Shown: positions 47,690-61,629, numbered from the stretch's first letter. The stretch: 64,000 bases of DNA from Squalus acanthias (GCA_030390025.1 CM059432.1:114392001-114456000); one strand, 5' to 3'. Notes: generated by a model not told the origin, from the sequence alone. Program-made: numbers and translations.

Positions 47690-48440
47690 GACTCAGGAAT
47701 CAGAATTCCAATTTCAAAATTTGTGGATGACACTAAATTGGGGTGGGGGGTGTATAGTTAATACTGAGAAAGACTGCAACAAAATACAAGACAACTTAAT
47801 GAACTTGCAGAATGGCTGTGTAAATGGCAATTGAACTTAAATATAGATAAATGTGAGGTGGTGCATTGTGGTAGGAGGAGCAAAGGGATCTAGGGGTACA
47901 GATTTAAAAATCTTTAAAAGTAGCAATGCAGATTTTCAAGGCCACAAAAAATGCAAACAAAGCACTGGGCATCATTTCTGGAGGAATAGAAATGAAAAGC
48001 AGAGAGGTTATGTTAAAGTTGTATAGAACTTCGGTTAGACCATATTTGGTAGTACTGTGCACAGTTCTGGTCTCCATATAACAAAAATGATATAGAGGCA
48101 CTGGAGAAGGAGCAAAAAATATTTATAAGGATGATACCAGAACTGAGAGGTTATAACTAGCAAGAAAAACTGAACAGGCTGGGGCTCTTTTCTCTAGAAA
48201 AGGCAAAGCTGAGTAGTGTCTGAATAGACGACTTTCAAATTATGAAGGGATTTGAAAAGGTAGACGAAGAGAAGAAGTTTTCACTTGTGTGGGAGTCCAA
48301 AACTAGGGGTCTTAAATATAAGCCCTGTGCTCCCGGTCGGCAATGCCTCAATTTTAAAATTGTCATCCTTATTTTCAAATTCCTCCATGGCCGTCTCGCC
48401 CCTCCCTATCTCTGTAACCTCCTCCAGGTCTACAACCTCC
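47690..48440 (+). mobile_element. Degraded CR1 RT fragment followed by a short L2 fragment (~48330-48440)
   Basis: SKFVDDTKLG, DKCEVVH, YCAQFWSP; then FKIVILIFKFLHG.LAPPYLCNLL. Confidence 0.8.
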
Positions 48441-48547
48441 TGATCCAGCAAAACCCAGGAGGCATCACCAAATTATCCCAAACAGCACATCGTCTGAGAC
48501 CGCCGCACTGATCCTTTAGACACGACCTTCTGCTGAGGTTACCGCCG

Positions 48548-49450
48548 GAACATAGGAATAGGAGTAGTAGGTCATTTAGCCTCTCATGCCTGTTCCGCCA
48601 TTCAATGAGATCATGGCTGATCTGCGACCTAACTCCATATATCTGCCTTTGCCCCATTTCCCTTAATACCTTTGGTTAACAAAAATCTATCAATCTCCGG
48701 TTTAAAATTAACAATTGATCTAGTTTGCAGAAGAGAGTTCCAAACTTCTACCACCCTTTGTGTGTGGAAGTGTTTCCTAATTTCACTCCTGAAAGGTCTG
48801 GCTCTAATTTTTAGACTATGCCCCTAGTCCTAGACTCCCCAACCAGCGGAAATAGTTTCTCTCTATCTACCCTATCTGTTCCCCTTAATATCTTGAAAAC
48901 TTCGATCAATTCACCCCTTAACCTTCTAAATTCCAGGAAATATAACCCTAGTTTGTGTAATCTCACCTCGTAATTTAACCCCTGGAGTCCTGGTATCATT
49001 CTGGTAAACCTACGCTGCACTCCCTCTAAGGCCAATATCCTTCCTAAGGTGTGGTTCCCAGAACTGCTCACAGTACTCCAGGTGTGGTCTAACCAGGGCT
49101 TTGTATAGCTGTAGCATAACATCTACCCCCTTGTACTCTACTCCTCTAGATATAAAGGCCAGTATTCCATTAGCCTTTTTGATTACTTTCTGTACCTGTG
49201 CATGACATTTTAATGAGCTATGTGCCTGGACCCCCAAGTCTCTTTGGACCTCTACGGTTTTTAGCTTTTCAGCATTTGGAAAGTACCCTGTTCTATCCTT
49301 TTTAGGTCCAAAGTGGATGACCTCACATTTGCTTACATTGAAATCCATTTGCCACAGTTTTGCCCATTCATTTAACTTATCAATATCTCTTGTAATTTTA
49401 TGCTTTCATCTACACTGCCTACAATGCCGCCTATCTTTGTGTCATCGGCA
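48548..49450 (-). mobile_element. CR1 3' portion (same subfamily as 34682-38030)
   Basis: Close match to 34690-35270 plus 36892-37210; GGAACATAGGAA tail. Confidence 0.92.
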
Positions 49451-50380
49451 AGAGCGCGTTGCACAAGAGATTCTGAGCACCAAAATACCGGTGCTGCATG
49501 CGTTCTTTTTGCGGCCGTTAACCTTGGCCCGTGGTGGCACCGCCCATTTCCGGGCCTAATCGAATTTCTAGGCCCAAGTAATTATCCTGGTTTTAAAAGT
49601 CATAAAATCTGCGTGAAAACGGGGCTCTATATATCATATGTAATGGTATTAGAATGCTAATTCTTTTGGGAGAAACAAATGTACATATATGAAAGAGGTC
49701 TACAAACATAGACTCTATAAATAGAGCAACGGCATTTGATGAAATAACAATACAATTATGTCAGCCACAAGATCTGTCATAATCTACTAAATTATGTGGA
49801 GTACACTACTCCCTGGCATACTCCCAAACTTCCATGCAATAAATCTCACCATAAGACTGGTTTTTTTCATTCGTTCCTGGGATGTGCATCCCTAATTGCC
49901 TTTGAGAAGGTGGTAGTGAGCCGCGTTCTTAAACCACTGCAGTCCATCATCAAGGGCATGAAGAGAGTTGACAGCTGACAATGGGTTAAAAATGACAAGC
50001 AAGGGAAGACCTAACAAATTCATCAGTATGTAATGATCATTAAGACTTTTAAAGCGACACTATCCTAAAAAAGGGTCTGGTAATCCTTCTTTGCAAATGA
50101 ATGATGTGATGATGTAAGCCATAAATGATTACATGACATCATCTTGACAAAAGTGATACACTTACTGAGGACAGAATGGTGATGCAATGTCTTTGTGCTC
50201 CAAAGATTGTAGCTTTAGAAATATTGAGTTACTAAAATCAGTTGGGATAATCAGGGAAAACTAGGTATTTCCAGCAGGTAGGAGCAAAAAATCAATGGGT
50301 CAAGTCACCCATAAAATCCTGAGTCAGCAACTCGAGTACACCTCTTAAAAATGGACTCAAGAGTGCTATTACAAACACTT

Positions 50381-51825
50381 GGGCCCAGATATTAACGGGG
50401 AGCCAGAGAGAGTGCGGGAGAGGCACAAAACGGCCAAAGAATCCGGCAAGGCCAGGGACGTGGAGGCCCTGCCAATCTTAACCGCAGGGCCTCATTACAT
50501 ATTGTAACTCCGCCACCCACCTGGCAACCGGCCAAATAGACAGTCTGTCCGGTGGGTGGGTGTGAAACACTAGAGCAGGAGGACGCAGCCAGGGACCCTT
50601 GGGGACGATCCCCGGCAATCAGGAAGCGGGGGCGGAGGGGAAAGATCGACAATCAGGAGGGGGTGGGGGCGAGATCGACAATCAGGAGGGGTGGAAGCTC
50701 TGGTTGGCAATCGGGATTGGAGGGGGGGGAGGCGGGGAGGCTTGCGGTCGGAAGAACTGGGGGGTGGCTGGAGATCAGGGCAGCGGGAGGCCAAAGGCTT
50801 CCTTGAGGGGCCCGGGGGTAGGACTATGGTATGGTAATTAGGCCCCTGCCTGCCTTTTGCAGGAGCCTCGTCCGGGCCTTGAATTATGCACTTTAAAATT
50901 TAAAGGGGCGGGAATAGGGTTTGCATTGCCCGATCCTGATATTTTAATCTCAAACCCTCTCCCGCCCTTCAGGGGGGTTAAAATTGAGAAGTAGGTGGTC
51001 TGGAGGGGGAGAGTAGAGCATGGTATTCGTGACCTAACATAGAGGGAGAATTCTTTCTAGAAAGCCTTAGATTCAAAAATATATATAAATTAATATAACG
51101 AAAGAAAATAGAAAGCGGAAGGAGATGGAGGCTGTAATTAAATCTTAATGTTTGCATGATAATTAAATAAAACACAAGCGCTAGGAATTTCCTCGGCACT
51201 TCTTCCACTCTGCTGCAAGGCCGGAACGTGGAGGCCATGACGATCTTAACAGCAAGGCCTCATTTAAATAATCTACTGCAGACTCCCGCTCGAACAGCCA
51301 GCCGAAGTGACAGCCTGGCCGGCGGACGGGATCAGAATTTGCGGCAGGAGGCCACAGTCGGGGATCCCAGGGAACGGTCCATGGCAGTTAGTCAGGGGTC
51401 TTGCCTCGAATGGGGATCTGGCCGTGATCAGGGGTGGGGGGGGGGTCTGGCCACGATCAGGGGAGGAGGTAGCTCGGCGCAAGGAAGGCCTAAGGCTTCT
51501 TTGTGAGGCCCGGAGGAAACCTGAAAAATAAATTTTAAACTCATCTGCTGGGCCTCTTGTGGCCCAGCATCCTGCTCCTGCCCTCCCATTGCCCCCACGC
51601 TCAGGCCTCAGCTTGAAATTGCAGATTGGGTGCTGCTGACATCATCGGACCCGATTTAAACAGGACCCCACTTCCTTCCTGTAGGTGTCCTGCTCAAAAG
51701 AGCAGGTTAATATGGACTCACGGCAGGAAGGAAGTGGGTTAGGAGGGGGTAACTGACTTGCGTTATTTTAACTGCCCCTCTGCCCAGTTTCTACCAGCTG
51801 GGGTGGGGCAGTTAAAATCAGGGCC
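50381..51825. mobile_element. Two adjacent GC-rich MITE-like elements (~50381-50990 and ~51180-51825)
   Basis: Shared block ACGTGGAGGCC...ATCTTAAC.GCA.GGCCTCATT at ~50458 and ~51226; ends GGGCCCAGATATTAAC and GTTAAAATCAGGGCC. Confidence 0.55.
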
Positions 51826-52272
51826 TTCACCTCTGTTCTCTTCATAGATGCTGCCTGACCTGCTGAGCTTTACCAGCATTTTTTATTTTTGTTTCAGATT
51901 TCCAGCATCTACAGTTCTTTTGCTTTTTGTTTTTACAATAAGACCTGATTGAGTACAAACAGGTTGACAATACCTTCATGAGAGACTCTTAACATGGGAC
52001 AGGTTAACAGCCGATCACTCAATTCTTCAGCTTTATCAGAGGATTGATAACAGCAGGCTAATTAACGGACGCATTGACCTAGCTATCCTCAACCCTCCAG
52101 CACAGGACTGGCAGTTGTTCATTATTTCAGCCAAACACTCAGATGAATGAATGATCTGAATGAATGCAGTGGAACCAGAAGTAACAGGAGATCCACCTCA
52201 TTTCCTGTTTAAAGTACCTTTGAAAGGTCCTGAATTTAAAATAGTCTGTCTTTTTAAGTTGGTTTAAATTCT

Positions 52273-52380
52273 GGGGGTGAAATTGGACATGGACGGTAGC
52301 AGAAAACGGGCAATTGCAAATCAACAGCCCATTTTACACCCCGCCCAATTTTCTGTTCCATTGACTTCAATTTCACCCCC
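52273..52380. mobile_element. Tiny MITE
   Basis: TIRs GGGGGTGAAATTG / CAATTTCACCCCC. Confidence 0.75.
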
Positions 52381-52849
52381 ACTATTTGAGCATTTGCTTC
52401 CCTTTTCTCTCCACTTCCTCCCCTTAAGGTATCGACTTCTTGTTGGGCTGTAGTACTTGGTTTGCTAGCTGGCCTCCTGGTACTTTACCCAATTGGCCAA
52501 TCTTTACATGTGAGCCTAAGACAGTGAGCATTAACATGTTAAATTATGTGTGGGGGGAGGTGGGGGGGGGGGGAACACAGCCAAGCCCAAAGCTGTCTTT
52601 GTTCATTATCCACACACATGCATTTTCTAGCAGGGGGTCACTGGATAGCAATCAGGAGTTGGAAACCTGGTGCTGTTTTTCCTCCCTGGCTCAGGGGCAC
52701 TGGGGTTAATTATTGTATCTCCAGCTCCACCCTGGCTGTGATCAGCTAACTCAGCACCAGGAATTCAACCTGGAACCTCTGGTCTATATGAATTACATGA
52801 ATTAGTGTTACTCTAAACCTTGCCTTTACTCAGTATGCCATCACTTAAT

Positions 52850-53489
52850 TAGGGTTACCAACCCTTCAGGATTGTCCTGGAGTCTCCAGGAATCAAAGAC
52901 AGTCTCCTGGACACTGCTGCGAGAAACCCATGAGAAAAATCATTGGGGCATTAAAAAAGGGCTGTAGTGACACCACTATTCCCGGCCAGGATGGAGATGA
53001 TTGGTTAGTTCCACGTCAATCACACCTGGAGACCGCAATGCTGTGAGTGACTGGGATTGATTCTACGCACATAATTTGTGTGGAACACTGACTGCATTTT
53101 GCTGGAGAAATAATCCTGCTTTTATTGGGAGACGTAGCTGCAGTTATTTGCTGTAGTTTGTGGCTACACATAATGACACCAGTATTCCCGTAGACCATAG
53201 TGCACTGTTTTCACAGACTATATTTGCTGAGTAAATAGATTCTGTTTGCTGTAAAATACATTGTTTTCTGTGAGTCCCGACCCGCCTCCAGCTCATTGGC
53301 TGACACAGTGGTGTCAATAGACACCCTGTTAAAAAACAGTGCTTTTTTCATTTTCTTTGAACACTTTTATTAGTTATAAAAATATTGGAGATAGGGGATA
53401 AAGGCTGCTTGACTGGGCGGGGAGGTTGGAGGCAGGAGGTCATTTGATGAAACTTCCCGGAATAGGTCCAACCAGAGCGGGCAACCCTA
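52850..53489. mobile_element. hAT-like non-autonomous element
   Basis: Ends TAGGGTTACCAACC / GGGCAACCCTA; the expected 8-bp TSD is only partly matched. Confidence 0.55.
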
Positions 53490-53639
53490 CTTAAAATTTA
53501 CTGTTAATTGGTATTATCAGTTACACAAAATGTATAGTGCATGGCATATCAAAAATAATTGGGCTTCATGAATGATTTGAACATTACAAAGAGTATTGAT
53601 ATTTCTTTGGACATAAAAATAAAATCATAGTAAACATTT

Positions 53640-53845
53640 TTCGCTGAATCAACCAACACCTAAAACAGATTATCTGGTTCTTTAATTCATTGCTGTTTGT
53701 GGGACCTTGTGTGCAAATTATCTGCCGCGTTTCCTACATTACAACACTGACTACACTTCAAAAGTACTTCATTGGTTGTAAAGCGCTTTGGGACATCCTG
53801 AGGTTGTGAAAGACACTATATAAATGCAAGTCTTTTCCTTTCTTT
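53640..53845 (+). mobile_element. Deu-domain SINE 3' half
   Basis: ACAGATTATCTGG...CATTGCTGTTTGTGGGAC...AAAGCGCTTTG...CTATATAAATGCAAGTCTTT is the reverse complement of 25040-25230. Confidence 0.8.
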
Positions 53846-54741
53846 TATTAGCTACACCTGCTGCCTGAGGTAATATTTGTCATGAGTTGTATACCTTCTA
53901 TACCCTCTATGCTCACAGCCCGCCTTCTCTACCTCCTGCTCCACTATGACACTGTGATTGAATCACTGTAGGAAAGTATGGGCAGACCTTAATAGTAGGA
54001 GGACAAACAGTACAGCCAGCATTGGAATTCAGACAACTGTGACAGAATGGTGTTCCATATTGTGACACAGTGAGCTGGTAAACCAACTTGTAGCACCATT
54101 ACTCCACTTTGGGTTATGTACTGTTTATTATAGTGCCATACTGATAGGTGTTATCAATAAATAAATCAGTTTAAGAAGTTAATTTGACATCAGGAAGCAA
54201 ATCACCCATGAGCTGTTTGGAGTTTTGGGTTATGTCAATCAGCAGGTTATCTATTCTGTATGGCTGTTTGCTCCCTCCATCAGTTATTCTATGAGAATAG
54301 AAATTCTGATGTGAGGTAGCTTAAAAAGATGGTGGTGAGAGCTGAAAGCTTTATGGTGACATTTCTGTCACAAAAGATAATTAGATCAAAGTATATGTTT
54401 AAGATCTGGTGACATTTCTTAATGTTGTCTACAAATGCACAGGCTTGTAACTAGCAACAGGACATTAAACAACACGATTATTCAAAACTTTCAATAATCA
54501 CCTTACATTTCACAGGGGAAAGGATTTGTCTATCCAAATATTAACTGCTGCATGTGACTAAAAGCAGAGAAGGCAATAACAGTTAATAGGGACTCAAAGA
54601 GAGTTTGTCGCTACATTAAATACCTAATTATCACACACACGGGAGGGAACTGCCTAGGTCCACACAGAGGAAGAGGGGGGATCCTTTTAGAATTAACTAT
54701 AAGAGTATCTAACTACATCAGGGGGATTGGTTAGATTTTAC

Positions 54742-55044
54742 CTGACATCATTTTCAGAGTATCTCCTTTGTAAATCCTCTTTTTTCCTTTGTCTCGTCCC
54801 TGTCTCTTCCTCACATTCCTTTTCCTCACATTCCTCTTCCTCACATTCCTCTTCCTTTGGTTTGTCTTCTTCCCCCAAGTCCTCGTTTTCCTCTTTTTCC
54901 TCTTTTTCCTCATTTTGGGTTATTTCTTCCCTCTCCCCTTCTTCCTTGCCCCCCTCTTCCTCCTCTACCTCTGCCTCCAACTCTGCCTCTTCCTCCTCCC
55001 CTTCTTCCCCTCCCTCTTTTTTTTCTTCTAATGCTTTTGACCTC
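54742..55044 (-). CDS. RIMS2: RIMS2 Glu-rich cassette exon (303 bp, phase 2-2)
   Basis: Acceptor GACCTTCAG|G and donor CAG|GTAAAA. Reads in frame after the 57263-57435 exon: (R)RSKALEEKKEGGEEGEEE...KEDLQRRYSENDV; no stops, length divisible by 3. Confidence 0.8.
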
Positions 55045-55515
55045 CTGAAGGTCACAACACAAAAGTAATGAAGGCATGCAAAACAGAAAAAAAAAATGAA
55101 GTTAGTTACAGTTAAAGGAATAAAAGATTGCTAAACACATTAAGAATGAAAATAACCAGTAAACACAGCACTTAATGAAGAAACATTAACAAGTATAAAA
55201 TCACAAACAACAATTTAGATTAAGTGAATGATTCTAAAGTGCAGTCACTACTGTATTTCTACACCAGATCAAACCAGGAAGAAAACCAAAAATAAAATAC
55301 TTTTAAATGTCATTATATTACTTGCGCTTTATAAATTTGTATTTCACTAAGAACATGTGGAGTTATACACAAATATACAAACATATACCAACTATTGACT
55401 GACACTGCTAATGTATCTGGACTGGAATTGGGCCCAAGATCCTTAATGGCTTCATTTTTCATTAATATAAACTTTTTATTAAAGATTTAAGCAATCTGCA
55501 TTTTAGACTTATTAA

Positions 55516-55673
55516 GGTAAAGTTTTGAATTCATCGAACGGGCAGTAATCTGGCGGAGCAGATCTAACCCCCATTATAGAAAGCAACCAATTTTTATTCC
55601 ATCAACTGAATAACGGACAGCCAATCTGCTCTGCCAGATTACCATCTGCACGGTGAAGATGAAAATTTACCCC
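55516..55673. mobile_element. Short palindromic MITE-like element
   Basis: GTAATCTGGCGGAGCAGAT ... ATCTGCTCTGCCAGATTAC inverted arms, with outer GGTAAA / TTTACC. Confidence 0.6.
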
Positions 55674-57262
55674 ACTAACCTTTAATTTCTAGCTTCGCTT
55701 TGATCCTTAAACATTTTTTACCTATGTGGTGTTTTGTGTGTGGGTTGTTCAATAATATTATGAAGGAAACAAGAAAAAGTCAATATTTAACAAACAAAAG
55801 TAAAAAACCAATTAGAAAGAACTTCACAGCAACTGAACTTAGTGCAGTTCAGGGAGCAACTACCTGACCAGCAGTGGCCGGTGGAAGGGTGGATGTACCT
55901 TCAGTTCATCCCACTGATTCACAGTACTTCAGTAAAGAAGTAGCTCATCTACTACAAAGTGGTCATTAACATTGAGGAATAGGAGGTACTTATGAGCTGT
56001 TTAAAATGTACTTTCCTACAGTCCATTTAATATTTATTGTAGCTGAGAATTATAATATAGGTAGAACGTACCAGGTTTGGTGAGGCACGACTGATGTGCA
56101 TAAGAACTAGCAGTTTACTCAAATGAAAGGCTTTTCATGCTGTTGATTTATCTACTCTGTCCACAACAAAACCGCAATATGCTCCTCCAGAAGAATAATT
56201 ACTCTCCACAGCTTTTAAGCAGCTCTTCCTATCCTAGCTCTCTCCTCCTAATTTCACGGGCGTGACCCAGGGAAGGTTTACAACACAGGCTCATCAGTGG
56301 GATAAAGCACAGGTCTCAACAAAAAATGAAAATGGCTCTTGCCCTTATGGACTTCCTAATAATAACATGACAGAAAGGTGTCACTTGCACAAATCAATAA
56401 ATCATGGAGGGGTGGGAATTAAAAAGTCTTAAATTAGGCTAGGTGCGAATTAGTCAACATTTTACTTCAGCCTGCAGAAAGCTTTTGGAACACATTAAGG
56501 ATTTTACATGTGTTCGAAACCTGTGACAATAGACCATGCAAACACTGACTGGAAAAATGTGCTGCTTCACTATTTATTTTGTATGTCTTCCCAATGAAAA
56601 CTATCTGCAAGGCTGGTTTGATTTAGTAATTGCTTAATGATAGAGTGACATCTAAGGGGAGAAAACAGAAAATGGTGGAAATATATAGCAGAGCTCTCAG
56701 TATCTGATAAAGAGAAAAAAGATAGATTAATTTTTAAGGGGAGAGGCTTCATTGTCACGACAAGCAGATATCTGAAATATTAACCTGACCTTTTCTCTTT
56801 TCAGATGCTGTTTGAACCTGCTGTGCATTTCCAAATTTCCCTTATTTGCATTTCAGGTGAGCACTACAGATGAAGTATCAGGCACTGTTGGTATGTGATA
56901 CAGGAATGGATATCCTAACCTGTTTGGGAGGTTCACGTGAACTGAAGCAGCTCAGGCTTCTTCTATCATGTGCTATGGCCTATCTGGTCTCAGCAGCACT
57001 AATAAGGCCACAGCACAGTAAGCAGCCTCATCATATGCCCTAGGCAGCATAATTTACCTCAACACTTTGCAACAATGTCATTATATTGAGATCTTTACAA
57101 GCTTGAAATGTCAGTGCTGTATAATCTTAAACAACATTCTGAAAACAAAACTCATTTCAGATGAAAAAGTGGAAGTCCCATCTCACTTATCAAACTATTT
57201 AAATTTGAAACTGATTTATAGAACTGTGCTCTGCACAGTATATCACCATCACTGGGTCTCAC

Positions 57263-57435
57263 CTGATCTTCCTGGTTGTTCGAGGGTGCTCAGATTGCAC
57301 AGACATGTAACTTGTACTGCTCATTCGTGAAGCACTGCTCGTCCTTGACACAGCAGACACGTCACTTACATCGCTGTCTGATGACTTGTTGGAGATATTG
57401 TCCGATCCTCGCTGAGTGTCCCGTCCCAGCCGATG
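57263..57435 (-). CDS. RIMS2: RIMS2 (regulating synaptic membrane exocytosis 2) internal exon, 173 bp, phase 0-2
   Basis: HRLGRDTQRGSDNISNKSSDSDVSDVSAVSRTSSASRMSSTSYMSVQSEHPRTTRKI matches the RIM region between C2A and C2B; SYMSVQSE favours RIMS2 over RIMS1 (SFMSEQSE). Acceptor TTTTTTTTACAG, donor AG|GTGAGA. Confidence 0.93.
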
Positions 57436-59487
57436 CTGTAAAAAAAAGCAAACCAATCTCTTCAGTCATTGAAAGTAGCCAAGGATAAAATTGCAGCTTA
57501 TTCCAAAAAAACACGTGAACAAATATTTGATGAAGAGGTTGTTTAAAGAGGAACTCAGCCCTACTTTTAAAAGTTCACTTATAAAGCAAATCCTGCGCCT
57601 GATTTTCTGATTTCCGTACACATGTTTCTCATAGCATTGTGGTTTTTATATCATGTGGGTGGTGATATTTTGGGGTGATTTTAATAGAGAGCAGGATTGG
57701 TGTGGCTGAGGCCGAGGGGGCGGGAAGCCATCTGGCCTTCCGGAGTATGAAGACCAGGAAATTGTAACTCACATGTCTCGACTATACGCTTGGCACCAGT
57801 CTCGTACCCAAATCCGGCGGGAAGAGCTATCTGGCTGGCCAGCGGGAGCCCGCCACTGGGAACCCAATGGAATAGTCCCCGGCATTAAGGAAGGGAGTCA
57901 GAAGGGCATCGTGGCCGGGGGAGTGAAGGAAACCCTCGGTTATGGGCAGGCACAAGGTTTCCTTGTGCAGCCCGGAGAACCACACCTGCTCCTCCTGGCC
58001 CAAAGAAAACTAAAGAAATTGAAATAAACTTACCTTTCTGGGCCTCTTCTGGCACCAGCTCCTCTTCCTATTGGGTGTAGTCTGGCGAGGAAGTCACAAT
58101 GGTTTCCCCAAGCAGGCCTCAGGTTAAGACTACAGTCGGGCTCCGATGACGTCATCGGAGCCCGGTCTGTATATTTAAAGGACCCGGCTGCCTCCCGGTG
58201 AGTATCCTGCTCACTTGCTAAAAAGAGCAAGTTAAAATGTTTCTGTATGTATGCCACTTTTTAAGAAAAAGAAATCCACCCTCCCTCCTCTGTGCATGTT
58301 TGCTTGCAAACTTCACTGTCAAGTTTTCTAGTAAAATTGCTTCTCAGATGAAAATACTGGGCATGAAATTCCTACAATACAATGGCAGCATCGGAACTGA
58401 GGTGGAGCGGGACTTCTGGCCACCTTGAGGTTGCCCTGTGGAACTCCGTCGATTGCAGGCTCAACCAAGTGCAGCCTCCTTGAACCCCAGGACACCTTTG
58501 TAGTGCAGGAAGAGGTTTAAGCAAAGGTAAGCTAGTGGCTCTGCTAACCTTCCCTTGTATTCTTTTTATTTATATGGCACTCCTTGATTCCTTTCCCTCA
58601 TGGTGCCAGAGGAGTCAGATGTGAAAGTGGAATCTTACAGTGAATCTGCAGAACTCAGCCCTTCATTACCAAGATTTCGGGGCTCCATGCTCGGAAAAGA
58701 AAGATACTGGATGTGCATCAGTAACATGGAAGCACTGACGACCATCTCGGAGCATCTGAAACAGATAGTAGGGGTTGCACCAGAATCCAATTCCATCTTC
58801 AATGCCCATTACTGAATAGAATTCAATACAATGAGTGCTACCTGGGGTGAGTGCTGGCACCATGAGCATCTGCACCCATTCCCCCTGACACAGAGGCCTC
58901 CAGATTAATGTGGACACTTTGACCACTGGTCCTTAGGCCTTGGGATACCATTTGGAAAGAATTATAGAAAGTGCCTTCCAAGAGCTTTGGGGCAACATCT
59001 CTTAGGGTCTGCCGGTTCTAACTGATACCATCAGGTCTGCCCTCCCACTGATCATTTGGCACTTATATCCAGGATCCAGCACATGTAGAATGGCAAGAGT
59101 GCACCATAATAATGCCATCATCTCTCCTGATAACAGCTCATGTGACATATTTAGCAAGCCCCCTGATGCCTGCTCATGTAAGTGCCCTTACTGAACCATC
59201 GCCCCCTTCAGCAGACCTCTTTTGAGACATCATCGAGGGAGCAGCATGATCTGCACATGCTCGTGAAAGGGTACCTCCTAGTAGGTCTTCACTTTTGATG
59301 TAGCCTTATTCTATGTGCCTCTGTCACTTTGTCTTCCTCCTGCTCCTATTCTGCCTCTATTATAAGGAGATAATGTGAAAGCGAACTCCGTGATAAGGGC
59401 TCCATGACATACGGGTGGGAAGTAAAATGTTTCTCTGCCCATATTAAGTCAGGATCAAAGCAATGCAGTGGCAAATGTATCTGCTCA

Positions 59488-61035
59488 CATAGATACATAG
59501 ATACATAGAAGATAGGAGCAGGAGTAGGCCATCCGGCCCTTCGAGCCTGCTCCGCCATTTAATGAGATCATGGCTGATCCTCCAATTCAGTATCCCGTCC
59601 CCGCCTTCTCTCCGTAACCCTTAACCCCTTTTGCCTGTAGAAATATATCTAATTCCCTCTTAAATATATTTAATGAGCTGGCGTACACTGCCCTCTGTGG
59701 CAATGAGTTCCACAGGTTCACCACCCTCTGAGTGAAGAAATTCCCCCTCATTTCTGTCCTAAATGGTTTAGCCCTTATCCTTAAATTATGTCCTCTAGTT
59801 CTGTTCTCACCCGCCAAGGGAAACATTCCTTCTGCATCTAGTCTGTCTAGACCTGTCAGAATTTTATACACTTCTATGACGTCCCCTCTCAATCTTCTAA
59901 ACTCCAGTGTGTACATCCCTAAACTACATAGTCTCTCCTCATAGGTCAATCCCGCCATTCCTGGTATCAGCCTGGTGAATCGCCGCTGCACCCCCTCCAT
60001 GGCAAGAACATCTTTCCTCAGATGAGGCGACCAAAACTGTACACAGTACTCGAGGTGTGGTCTCACCAGTGCCCTGTACAGCTGCAGCAAGGTATCCCTG
60101 TTCCTGTATTCCAACCCTTTTGCTATGAAGGCCAGCATACCGTTTGCCTTCTTGACCGCCTGTTGCACCTGCATGCTCGCCTTCAGTGACTGGTGTACAA
60201 GAACACCCAGGTCTCTCTGTACTTCCCCCTCTCCCAATTTATTGCCATTTAAATAATAATTTGCCCTCCCGTTCCTGCACCCAAGGTGGATAACTTCGCA
60301 CTTGTCCACATTATAGTGCATCTGCCATTTATCCGCCCAATCACCCAGTCTGTCCAAATCGCTCTGGAGCTTCCTGGTCTCCTCCTCTGAGCCCACCCCC
60401 CCTCCTAGTTTAGTGTCGTCTGCAAATTTGGAAATGCTGCATCCGACTCCCTGATCCAGGTCATTAATGTAAATTGTGAACAGCTGGGGACCCAGGACAG
60501 ATCCCTGTGGTACCCCACTTGTTACTGCCTGCCATTCAGAAAATGAGCCGTTTATTCCAACTCTCTGTTTTCTGTCTGACAGCCAGTTCTCTATCCACGT
60601 CAATACTTTCCCCTTTATCCCATGAGCTTCAATTTTCCCTGCTAATCTTTTATGTGGGACCTTATCGAAGGCCTTTTGGAAGTCCAGGTACACCACATCT
60701 ACTGGCTCTCCCCCATCTATTTTACCAGTTACTCCCTCAAAAAATTCCAATAGATTAGTCAAGCACGATTTACCCTTTGTAAATCCATGTTGACTCTGTC
60801 CTATCCTGTCCCCATTTGCTAAGTGCTCCGCTATTTCATCCTTAATGATGGACTCCAGCATTTTGCCCACAACTGATGTAAGGCTTACAGGTCTGTAATT
60901 ACCTGCTTTTTCCCTACCCCCCTTTTTGAATAGTGGGGTAACGTTAGCTACCCTCCAATCCATGGGCACTGTTCCCGAGTCTAATGAATTCTGAAAAATC
61001 ATACTTAGTGCATCCGCTATCTCTAGGGCCACCTC
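59488..61035 (-). mobile_element. 5'-truncated CR1 with an uninterrupted RT reading frame
   Basis: Open frame from EVALEIADAL to GYGEKAGTGY (stop at 59587) with all RT motifs; (ATGTATCT)n tail at ~59488-59510. Confidence 0.96.
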
Positions 61036-61629
61036 GAGGTGAAAAACTGGATTGTCAGTAATTCCCGTGGGGGTTCTTCTGATCTCCTGCCTTAACTTCA
61101 GTGGAAGATCAGCGGAAACTCCGGAGAAACAGCATGAACGGCCATTTATGTAATTTCTCCAGGGTTTCCAACGATCACATGCTGAAGTCATGGCGGGAGA
61201 TTGGGGAATCCTTGCATAAATTATACCCCTAAAGACAGTGAAGTAAATCAATCTGCAACAATGCCGAAGACAAGGAAAATTCTAAATTTGTGGTGAACAC
61301 AAATGGTAAATTCTCTGTTAAGAACTTCCAAGATTAGATTAGAATCTTTAACTCCCCCTTGTTTTTGTTATATTTATGTGAGATAAACTTATTCTTGTCT
61401 TTATTATCACGTACACAACACTGAAGATAAGAATGAATGTGGTCATGTAACGTCTCTAAGTCAACAAGAAACTCTTTTCCAGCATATAATACATAAGGTA
61501 CTACTTTCCCCAGGAGCTGAAAATAGTTTAATAAACTTTCACTAAACAATTCAAGGTTTTCATGAAACTGTGGCTTCTGATTGTTTCTTCTCCAGCTCTG
61601 AAATTTGGGTTGGCATCCAGCGGGATACT

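Noticed and set aside
51826..56860. Penelope-like terminal fragments (51826-51930 and 56655-56860) with a possible hammerhead ribozyme
   Set aside because: They resemble a common repeat end (GATGCTGCCTGACCTGCTGAG) but no intact CTGANGA...GAAA core is readable.
58380..59480. Degenerate sequence faintly resembling Harbinger internal regions
   Set aside because: No clear catalytic motifs or TIRs could be read.
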